Assembly (NCBI RefSeq): GCF_006345805.1
Contig: NC_043009.1
Coordinates: 46,004,001-46,068,000, forward strand
Direction: 5' to 3'
Source: Octopus sinensis
Taxonomy: Eukaryota
Length of the DNA: 64,000 nt
Part shown: in pieces, positions 53,412 to 64,000 of the stretch
Layout: each line of letters begins with the position of its first letter
How positions within the stretch are numbered: position 1 is the stretch's first letter
The notes under the pieces: model-generated
Databases searched by the model: none
Told to the model about the DNA's origin: nothing
What the model saw: only the letters and a program-made list of their open reading frames with translations
Made by a program: the position numbers and the translations under genes

Positions 53412-54038
53412 GAATATAAATTTATTATTCTTAAACAACAATGTTGTTGACAGTAACTTCAAAGTTTCAGCCAGTTAAGCCATTGTTGGACTGTCTTCAG
53501 AGTTTCAGCCAGCTTGTCTGACTGTGACTTAGCTGGCCGAAACTTCAAAGCCACTGCCAACAACAACCTTCTTGTTTAAGAATAGCAAGTATACATGTAC
53601 AACATATGAGAATGCATATGTTAACTCATATTCTGTGTCTAACCCTTCAGTCATTGATTTCTTGTTACATTTACACTATTGTACTTAGAACACACAGCAC
53701 TATTATCAAAGATCTGATAAAAATAGATATTAAACTTTAATCCATTAGTAGCTTATTTTATGCTCTCTCTCTCTCTCTCTCTCTTTCTCTTTCTCTCAAG
53801 CCCTCACTCATGTTTTTTTTAACTTCCAAATTATTTCACTGCGGAACTAATAATTTTTTACATTCTATTTATTTATCGATATCCTTAATCAAATTTATTT
53901 ATTAACATCAATATCAATGTTGAGAATAAAAGGAAAAAAAACAGGGTTAATTGATCACTGTGTCTGTATTGTAATGTTTATCTGTATGAATCATTTCAAT
54001 TTATTTGTTAATATTCTTTTGTTGTTTCTCTTTTGCAG

Positions 54039-54115
54039 AAAAATAAACTAGCTGATATGGCAAAAACAAAAAGATTAAACAGAAATTTTTGTGATGTTGT
54101 AGCAAAAGCAAAATG
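54039..54115 (+). CDS. Candidate 77-nt internal exon of an unidentified gene (KNKLADMAKTKRLNRNFCDVVAKAK+TG)
   Basis: Long polypyrimidine tract ending TTTTGCAG acceptor, a TTAAT branch-like site about 30 nt upstream, and an ATG|GTAGGT donor. The phase-0 frame is open and the context is non-repetitive. I do not recognise the peptide. Confidence 0.45.
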
Positions 54116-54492
54116 GTAGGTTTTGTAAAAATTTATTTATCTACAAAATAATTCTTAATTTCTCGTTTTCAATTCATGCAGTGTTTCTTGTTTTCTGTTA
54201 TTCTTCTTTTTGGTATTTTACTATTTTTTTCTTTTTACAATTGCTGACATATTTCATTTAATACTTAACAATTAACAATTTCCTCAAAAATTTTTATTTT
54301 TTAAAAAAAATTTCTATTTTTATTTTATGCAACAGTTTTCTTCATGGTTCACTTTCCTTCTCAAACTTTTCTTCTGAAACTATTCTGCTCTACTCCGTAA
54401 TCATTCATTTTGCTCTATTCACATTCATTCACATTTTACTTATTCACCTATCTTTAATAAGACTTTTTTTCTCAAATTATTACATGCAAACA

Positions 54493-54527
<35 letters not shown>

Positions 54528-54934
54528 TGTTGGTGGTGTTGTTATTAAATCATTAGTTCATTAGACAAAATGCCTAATGGCATTTCTTCGACCTCTTAAT
54601 GATCTGACTTGAAATTCTGTCACTGTTGATTTTGCTTTTCATCCTTTCAGGTCTGATGAAATAAGTACCAGTAATGTACTGGGATCAATGTAATTGACTA
54701 GCCGCATTCCCCCAAACTTTTAGGGCGTATACCTATAGTAGAAAGGATTAATATTAATATTATTAATGCTGAACTGGTTACGGTCAAACAACTGACAAGC
54801 AAATCTGTGATAATGAGCAGAATATTTGCCGTAGCCCATCTTTTATACCAAGACAAAACATTGTATATGATAACACTTCCAATCAGCTAAGATCAGAAGC
54901 CATGATAGCCGATGCCTGGTACTGCATCAGGGCA

Positions 54935-54974
<40 letters not shown>

Positions 54975-55239
54975 CATTATTATCATTATTATTATTATTA
55001 TTATTATGATTATTATTATAATAAAAGCTGTGAGCAGGTACAATTGTTAGTGCTTATTCATGTTTTGAATTCAAATTCTACTGAGGTCAACTTTGCCTTC
55101 CATCCTTATTGGATCAAAAGAAAAGAATTCTGAGGTTGTTGTAATTGACTATTTCCTTACCCCTAAACTTGCTGGACTTGTACCAAATATTGAAACCATT
55201 ATTAAGGCAGTTTTTCCTTTGACTGGTGGCTGTGGCAAA

Positions 55240-55745
55240 AGAGGTTGTTTGATGGACCAAGGCTGAAAGGCATGAGAACAGATACATTCCTCTTTGGTAG
55301 AGCTCTCACGAACTTTTTCAAGTTTCACTTGAAAAGGAAGTTGAGAGTGGAGAGGGAAGTGCTGTACTCGAGTGAGTTTATTGAAATTTGGGTGAAATTT
55401 GTGAAAATGGCAAGGGTGGATGGTACCTCTCTAAGTGTAGACCTGTGAGTAGAAGAGAAGGAATTACAGAAGGCACTTGCTCCTAGGGTTTCAGGGAAAT
55501 CTCAGACAGTGGGGTTTCTCTATTATCCCTAGAGGCCTTCCTGTATCAAGAGGGCAACATCTCTCTCATCCTCCCAACCCCCCATGCTATGCATGTGTCC
55601 CTTCTTTTTCAGTGTATATCATGTATACTTACATTTGTTTCATCATATTATTATTATATGTAAACCCCAGCACTTTATGTCTGTCTTTGTATTGTCCCCC
55701 TCATTCTTCACTCTTGTGGCAAATAAATGAAGTTATTATTATTAT
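55240..55745 (+). mobile_element. Probable L1/Tx1-like LINE 3' end
   Basis: ORF end FFKFHLKRKLRVEREVL...MARVDGTSLSVDL*, then a UTR, AATAAA at about 55721 and an (ATT)n tail. Clade assignment is from recall. Confidence 0.5.
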
Positions 55746-57870
55746 TGTGGTGGTGGTGGTAGCAAGCTGACAGAATCATTAGCACATTGGACACCATGTT
55801 TAGCAGCATTTCTTCCACCTCTTTATTTTCTCTGTTCAAATCCTGTTGAAGTCAACTTTACCTTTCTTTCTTTTGGGGTTGATAAAATAAGTACCAGCTG
55901 AGCATTAGAGTCAATGTAATTAACTAACACCCATCTCACCAAATTTCAGGCCTTGTGCCTACATTGGAAAGGACTACTACTACTACTACTACTATCAATA
56001 ATATCATTGCCAATGAACTATTATTGTTATTATTTATTTATTCTACTTTTTACACTTTTCATTTGAGGCATTTGCTTCAATTTTAACTTTCATACTGTCT
56101 ATATTTTGCTTGGACTTTTCAGCAGAGACCTAAACAAAACCACAGTAACCTTGCTCTGCTGAGTGGTGTAGTAGCTACAAAGTCAGTTGAACTCTCAGTT
56201 TGGTAGCTAAACCTTTCATAGTTTTGTTTCTGGAGCAAAACCAATTCAATATATCAATTATCCATCTAAAAACTTTAACTGAAATATCTTTATATGTCGC
56301 CATAACTGAGAGGTTTTTTTTTTGCTTCAGTAATATAAAATCTTAGAAATTTTTGCTTAGTAGGAAAATATGAAACCATTATTTCTTTAATGCTGCAAAA
56401 AAAAAAAAAGGTGGGGGAGAAGAAAAAAATTTAAGAATATTCCAAGTTAGCTGAAGGAATCTTTTGTCAAAGATTGAATGTCAATGTACAAGTCATGAAA
56501 TTACTCTAAAGATATAAAAGAATTTATAGTCAAGGTTATTGCTCAGTCGGGTCTACTTGGCAGTAACCTATCCAATATTTAGCTCCATTCCATATATAAC
56601 CTACACTCTGGATCTGCAGAGATAAATGTCAAGTACACTTGATTAAGTAAAACATCTTTGCAGAATTAACTTACTTGCTGTAACCATCTCACCTTTATGC
56701 TATTGTTGTTGTTTTGTTCCAAAGTCAGCCCTGTTTCACCAGACCAAAGGTCTTCCATTTATGACAATCCCTTCCATCTTTTTATTTTTTCTCACATGGT
56801 ATATCTAGGACTATATTATATAATGATTTCATATATATATATATTTTCTTTAGATCGTTGGTTGGGATTTGAGGGAAATTTAATTTACCATTTCTAACAG
56901 ATGAAGCAATCTTGTAGAAACTTTCACTGCATTGCAAGCTCTCTTTTATAGTCAATAACTCATACTTTTAACATTTTCTTCATGTCACACAAAGAAACAT
57001 ATATTGATATTTTGCCATCATTATATGAAGGCTAAACTACTGCAGAGAAATGTTTAGAATTGTATAATCCAATTTTGCACCTTTCTTTTAAAGATAACTG
57101 AATGCGATCTGAGAGAGATTTAGCTGCTATTCCTGACATGTTTCATGATCCTATTGCGGTTTCTCTCATTGATTTCACCACACTTCAATTATAAGCATGA
57201 TATGTTAAATTTGAATAATTAATTTACTTGATCACTGTTAATCAAGGACCTCATTTGAGACAGGTGTAAATGCTGTGTTGTATAGGGAAATTTGCTATAT
57301 TGTATTCGTTAAGTCATATATTAGGATTTGAAATGATACTTTACAATAAGAAAGTTTTCATAACAAAATGTTGTATGACTCCAAATTGTACAGACAAATG
57401 TAATTTAGTTTTACTCTTGACCAAAAATGATTGTCAGTATCTGTTCAGAAATAAGGACAAAGCCATACAAAATTAGGCTAAATTGAAACCAAAACATTTG
57501 TTCATAACTGATCCTCACTTCTGAAACAAAGCTCAGACTTTTCACATTTTGTAAGCATGTCAATTGAATCATGGAATTTTTCAAAAAAATTTCTTGAAGT
57601 TATCTCCCTTTCTTATTCTGAGTTACCAATAATTATTTCTAGGTTTATATTTTCCTTCTCTGTCCTTGAGGAAAATTTAGTAAATTAGGAATTTAGTATG
57701 CATGGCATTTGATAACCTTCAACATGCACCTTCTTAAACAAAATCATGCCACAGGGCTCTAAAAGTTATTTTCTCATTACATGTTTTAGTTTTAATTGCA
57801 TAAATTATTCTTGACCAAGAATGTTTGTCTTTTCCTATTTACCAAATTGTCGATATCTCATTGATGGTGA

Positions 57871-57934
57871 AAAGAATGATGTTATGCTGATGAAGTCATC
57901 TCAGAATTGAAACACATGTCCATAGTTATTCTTT
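57871..57934 (+). ncRNA. Solitary type I hammerhead-like motif with canonical CUGAUGA core
   Basis: Stem I AAAGAATGA-tg-TTATG / CATAG-TTATTCTTT (14 bp with a 2-nt bulge); CTGATGA 57887-93; weak 3-bp stem II (AGT/ATT); GAAA 57909-12; stem III ACA-ca-TGT; GUC site ending at 57920. Confidence 0.5.
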
Positions 57935-58350
57935 GTCTCTGAAACAGAACAGATTGTCATTTTTCTCCATGTGAATTCAACCATATAGTTATGACTAAAT
58001 TCTTGAAATTTTCTCACATTGTTGATAATTAGTTGGGGGGGGGGTCTTTTTTTTGCTTTCTCTGCCACTGTGCCATAAAAAATATTTTAATGAATTAATA
58101 ATTCATCATGTACAACATTCAGAACACCCACGCTTTGTTTTTTATGTGTGTGTACATTATAACTCTAGCCAGAATTATTATTTTATGTAAATGATTTGAC
58201 TAGGTTAACCTTGTCAATATAAAGCCAACTGCCTGAGATTGTTCCTGATTCCAGCTTACCAACCTATTTCTGACTGCCATTGGTCCCCTATTACCATCCC
58301 AGCTGAGAAAATCTTTGCAACAAAGATAGCACTCCTACTTGGATCATTCT

Positions 58351-58651
58351 TGTGTGTTCCTTCTCAAGCCATGCCTGGCTCATAAGGGCCAGTTTCCCGG
58401 TTTCCTTGGTGTATAGGTTCCCCACCTGGATGGGACGCCAGTCCATCGCAGGTGAGCTGCAAGATGCAGAGGGAAAGAGTGAGAGAAAGTTGGGGCAAAA
58501 GAGTCAGCAGAAGTTCTCTATTACCTTCTGCTGGAGCCGTGTGGAGTTTAGGTGTTTCGCTCATAAACACACACATCGCTTGGTCTGAGATTCGAACTCA
58601 CGATCCCTCAATTGTGTGTCCGCTGCTCTAACCACTAGGCTATGTGCCTCC
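58351..58651 (-). mobile_element. tRNA-headed SINE with V-domain-like block and 14-bp TSD
   Basis: TSD ACTTGGATCATTCT at 58337-58350 and 58652-58665; B box GTGAGTTCGAATCTC on the minus strand. Confidence 0.85.
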
Positions 58652-59147
58652 ACTTGGATCATTCTGGCATATGCTGTCAATCCTATTAATTTCCTTTTGC
58701 AGGTTGAGATCTCATTATCACACTTCACACAATCACTCACCTCATTAAACTATCTCTATTAATGTGTTAGTAGTTAATATTTAGGTTCATACATCTGATG
58801 AAATCTGTTTATTATATGAAAGACAAGACCGATTTAGGTAGCTAAATATTTCGTCCTTGTTTAATGTAAAATTATTTTATAAATTTCTAATTGAATTACC
58901 AGCTTGATATATCATCAAAGGCAATAACACATATTTCTAATACAAAAAGAACCATTGCAACAGTGGTAACAATAAGAGGTCCTCAACAGCGTCACTGTTA
59001 GAAATATCAGCCATATCTCCCTCAAAATCTCACTCTTCAATCATAAGAAAAAACGCTGTGGATAATGAAGTCTTGGAGATAAAAATCAATAGAATGGTCA
59101 TATTTTGAAAAATATTTGGCTTTTAAACAACTGCAAAAACAATGAAT

Positions 59148-59527
59148 CTTTTACTTGTTTCAGTTATTGGAATGCAGCCATGCTGGGGCAGAGCCTTGAA
59201 GAATTTTTAGTTGAATGAATTGACCCCAGTATGTTGTTTTTAAGCCTGGTACTTATTCTATTGATCTCTTTTGTTGAACCACTAAGTTACAGGGATGTAA
59301 ACACACCAACACTGGTTGTCAAGCAGTAGTGAAGGACACACACACACACACACACACATATATACAGTATACTTTTTTCAGTTTCTGTCTCCTAAACCCA
59401 CTCGCAAGGCTTTGGTCAGCCCAAGGCAGACCAAATAAAAAGATATTTGCCCAAGGTGTCAGGCAGTGGGACTGAACCTGGAACCATGTGTTTGGGAAGC
59501 AAACTTCTAACCACATAGCCATGCCTG
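59148..59527 (-). mobile_element. Diverged family B SINE
   Basis: Colinear diverged match. Confidence 0.8.
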
Positions 59528-61023
59528 CACCTTTAATGAAAACCTTTTTATTTACTAAAACTCCACCACATTCTTTAATTATTTTGAAAATGTCATCCTA
59601 TTCTCTTTTATATCCACCCCCTCACCATTCTCTCTCTCTCTTTCTCTCACTTCCTCTCCCATACACTCTTTCAACCTTACACCAACTCGTACTCTGTTCT
59701 TTTGTTGATCACACTCACTTCTACCCACCTGATACCTTGAAGGTCCACCCAAACACCATATCACCCCTATTTTCTCTCTTTCCAACTCCACTTTAGTCAC
59801 TCTCACCCTCTCTATCATGTGAGTAGTCATGTAGCTCTGCTATGGCTAGAAACCAGTCCTGGCCCTTCTCTCATACACTTGCTCCTTATCTCCTAGCATA
59901 AAGCCATCTTCCTCTCTTCTGTGGTCCCAACTAATTCAAAGGTCTTTCAAGCTGCATAGTGACCTTATTAGTGCTGGTGTCCCCCAAAAAAACCACCCAG
60001 CACACTCTGTAAAGTGGTTGGTGTTAAGAAGGGCATCCATCCACTGAAAGTATGCCAAAGCAGACACTGGAGCATGTAGTAGTTCTCTGAACTATCAGGT
60101 CCTATCAAACTAGTCAATTCATGCTAGCATAGAACATGGGCATAAAATGATGATTATGGTGGTGGTGGTGGTGGTGGTGGTGGTGATGGTGGTGGTGGTG
60201 ATGGTGGTGGTGATGGTGGTGGTGGTGGTGATGTTGATGATGATGATGATGAAGAAGAAGAAAATTAGATAAAGTCTAATCTTGTTACAAAGATGTCAAG
60301 AAAAAGATATAATTTGTTTAAATAATCAAAAACATCTTATTTATTATCAATTTCCACATTATCTATGATCCTTAGAGTAGGGTGGGTTGCATATCTAGTT
60401 TCTATATAACATAGATTACAATAAGATTTGTATGCTGATTACTGAAATGTCACAAGCTTTGATTAGATTCAGTCGTTGCATTCTTTATAAAGGCAAAAAA
60501 TAACAACTTAATAAATGCATTAGTGATATGAATATATTCATTAGCCTTACTATATTGCTGAGAGGTCAGGAGTATTTCAAATATACACTATTACAGTCAT
60601 ATGCTTTGCTCATTTTATTTACTTTTATATACATTATTTGAAGCTAGTAGGGTTATACAAATACATTACAGAGGCATTGCTTTACAGCTGAATGTCCTGT
60701 CATTAACCTTTTCTTGTCTTTCAAGTAAGGGATGTCTTATTCCACACATCCTTGAAAGCACAAAAGCCTGTGGAGGGTTTGCTGGGAGAAGAAATGACAA
60801 CAACGGCATCGTTTGTAACTGTGATTTTTGAAGAAGCACAAATGTAAACACACACATACACACATATATATATACATATTTCTGTGAGGGGATTGCTTTC
60901 AGTTTGTCTCTGCTGAACCCATTCACAAGGCTTTGGCCAGTCTATTGTGATAATGGAAGACACTTACTGAACATGCTGTGCAGTGGGACGGAATTCAAAA
61001 CCACATGGTTGGGAAGCAAAGTA

Positions 61024-61342
61024 GTTAAGTTAAGTTAATTTTTTGGCTCAAAAAGCAAAAAGCAAGGCTATGTAGGGGGACATGGAGTTATGTACAGGGA
61101 GGGAGTTCATGCAAAGAGTTCAGGCCATTTCTGGTCAAGAGAGACTTTGAACTGAGAGGTCGTCAGCATCTTCACTATCTCGTCCGGCAGCTTATTCCAC
61201 GGATCTGCAACCCGGATGGAGGAAGCCCCTCTCCTTCAGTTGAAATGAAATCGTCGCAGATAGAGCTTTTCAGAGTGACCCCACAGTCTTGGCTCTGGAG
61301 CAGGAGTGAAGAACAGCTCTTTCGAGAGTTTACACTTTCCGT
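61024..61342 (-). mobile_element. Second CR1-group 3' end, same family as 52094-52438
   Basis: Reverse-complement match along its length, including the (TAACT)n tail. Confidence 0.88.
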
Positions 61343-61577
61343 TATGATGTTGTGAGTGAGAATGAGATCACCACAGAATAAAGGTCAAGTATCTTCAGCC
61401 TTTCTTCATAAGACAAATGCTTGAGGCCAAGAACCATGCCTTAACCAAGTACTTAGCCACACAGTCATACCTGCACCTAGGCATATCTTTCTTATGTTTT
61501 CATCTTTTTAATTGTTTCTGTCATTACACTGCAGCCATGCTGTATGTAAGAGAGAGAGAGATCGTGTGTGTGTGTGT

Positions 61578-61649
<72 letters not shown>

Positions 61650-61771
61650 TGGCATTCTATAACTTTGCTCATGTTTGTGGGTGTATTTGCTGGCTAGAAA
61701 CTGTGCAGAATGCTCTCATATTCATGTGTACATGTGTATGTATGTGGATGTGTGTGTAAGAGAGAGAGAGA

Positions 61772-61823
<52 letters not shown>

Positions 61824-63313
61824 TGGCATTCTATAACTTTGCTCATTGCCATTGCCATCTGAGTGAAACAGTGATGTGATGTTTTTATTCTTTGTGACAT
61901 TATCACTGGCTGCTCTACTTTTTTAAAGATCGATGGAGTAAAAACCCCTTCCACGGAAAACAGGTTAGATTGGTGATACAAAGAGCATCTAGTCATAAAA
62001 TCTATTTCATATTATTACCCAACAAAGCCATACTTTTATGGAAAAATGTATATTAAATAAACAAATTTAGCTTATTAACTTACTGTGACTATCCAAACAA
62101 TCAAAGAAGTGTAACATTATAACAAAGTATTTTAAAAGTTTGCTTTATAAAATAATGGGCTGATATTTTATAGACATTACTAATCATTGTTTAATAGTGT
62201 AGAAAATATGAAAATGCCTAGAATTTTTTAACATCTCAGTTTAAATTTTTATTTCCTATATAGTACCAGTACATATTGGAAATTTTTTAAAATATCAGAC
62301 TTTGCCATTCTACTCTCCAGCAAAACTCTGACTTTATCTCAATGCAAGAAACCGTTCTTCTAAAAGAAAATACTTTAAAACTATCAGAAAGTTCTGAAAA
62401 TACTAAAATATTTTATTGGAGTCTGAAAAAATTTCAGGATATTGAAAGTAAAAAACTCTGTGAAGCCACAAGAATATCTTGGAAGCAAGAAAATAATCTA
62501 TAGTTTTTATGAACTATAATAGCCTAATTTGCCTCATAGATGATATTGAAGAAAAACAAAATCAATGAGAGAAATATATTTAGCAGTCATGCATAGACTT
62601 GTGAACAGAAATGAAAAAGAAAATTAGGTAAACTTGTTTTTTGTAATGCAGTTTTATAACTACATATTGTCTAACAGATGTAAGCCATTGTGGTAATTTA
62701 AAACTTATTGGAGAAAATTTCAGCAAAAACTTAAATGGAACATGCTTTCTCTATTCCAATCATATGCAAAAAAAAGCTGCACAATTAGAAGTGATAAAAA
62801 TAAAAAAAATATTTGCATGAATATATTTAGTTTTAGACAATACAATATGTAATAATAATACCCTCAATTGAGACAGCCATATTCTTCCAATACAGCTAAG
62901 ACTGTATAAAAATACATCTAAGTACACACAGCTAAGACTATAAAAATGATTGGGTTTTCCTTTCTAAGCCTGAAAAAATTTTCCTTGTATATTTCAAAGT
63001 AGAAATGCATAGTCTTTAAATGATAACTTAGAAGATATCCATGTTTCTTGCTCACATCAGAAAAACACCAGCTCATAACAAGTGTCTCACTAACAAGGAC
63101 TCATTGATCAAACGATGTTCTTTTTTTGCATATTCTGCTTTATTCTTGAATATTCTGCGTCTATTCCATCTCTTCATTTATCCACACTAACTGTTCTTAC
63201 TATATTTCACATTTGGCCTGTATGTTTAAAACTTAATTCAAGCCTCCTTTGGAACTACAAATTTGTTCTCAGATTTTCCCATCGACTACGGACTATATAT
63301 ATATGTATATATG

Positions 63314-63365
<52 letters not shown>

Positions 63366-63383
63366 TGTGTGTGTGTGTATGTG

Positions 63384-63417
<34 letters not shown>

Positions 63418-64000
63418 TGTATGTATGTATCTTTAAGTATCCCTTCAGTATGTTATTTTACTCAAAATGTGAAATGTTATTGTTTTAGCTGATAAATGCA
63501 AACATGAAAATGGAAAGACAGCACTGGAAGTGGGCTCACTAGTAGTAGTAATAGTAGTAGTAATGATGATAATGATGATTATGATAGTAATTATAATGTT
63601 CTGAATTTTGGTACAAGTCTGGCAATTTTAAGGGAAAGAAGTTAGTTGATTACATCAACTCCCGTATTTGAATGATATTTATTTTACTGATCCTGAAATG
63701 ATTAAGGGCAAAGTCAAACCTCAGCAGAAAAATTTGAACTCAGACTGTAATGAGTCTTAAAAACTACCGTGAAACACTTTTTCTGACACTCTAAAAGTTC
63801 TGCCATCTTGGGGCTGAAATAGTAATGGTAATAATACTACCACATTCATTTGTCTACTCTCTTCTTCCCTCACCCGACTTATGCATGAGAAATATTCAAC
63901 ATCCAGCTAGCATTCTAACTCTACACATTTTTCTCTCCCCAACATAATTTCCGTTTATCTGTCCCAGCTCTAAATCTGTCCCTCTTATCAAACTTCACTC

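Noticed and set aside
62321-62519. Open frame QNSDFISMQETVLL...YEL* after a CTCCAG acceptor-like site
   Set aside because: The acceptor is weak, there is no homology I recognise, and the low-complexity K/S/E composition is expected from base bias.

Overview
AT-rich, microsatellite-saturated eukaryotic DNA. The repeat families look like those I recall from Octopus (coleoid cephalopod) genomes, but this is recognition, not a database result. No complete protein-coding gene is present. Most ORFs in the supplied track are translations of simple repeats or decayed retroelements, and only one small spliced-exon candidate (54039-54115) stands out. The window is mostly interspersed repeats: several tRNA-headed SINE families (some with clear TSDs), decayed R4/Dong, RTE, CR1, L1/Tx1-like and Penelope-like (PLE) retroelements, a mariner remnant, MITEs and foldbacks. 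The main observation is a near-perfect tandem array at 10407-11540 (3 units of about 360-380 bp plus a 34-bp terminal redundancy). Each unit holds a type I hammerhead ribozyme fold with a compensatory U3:A8 core and a palindromic stem III, inside a hairpin-rich monomer. This is the architecture of a non-LTR retrozyme that could yield a roughly 360-nt self-cleaving or circular RNA. A second, solitary hammerhead fold (57871-57934), several hammerhead relics and a PLE reverse transcriptase remnant lie in the same window.
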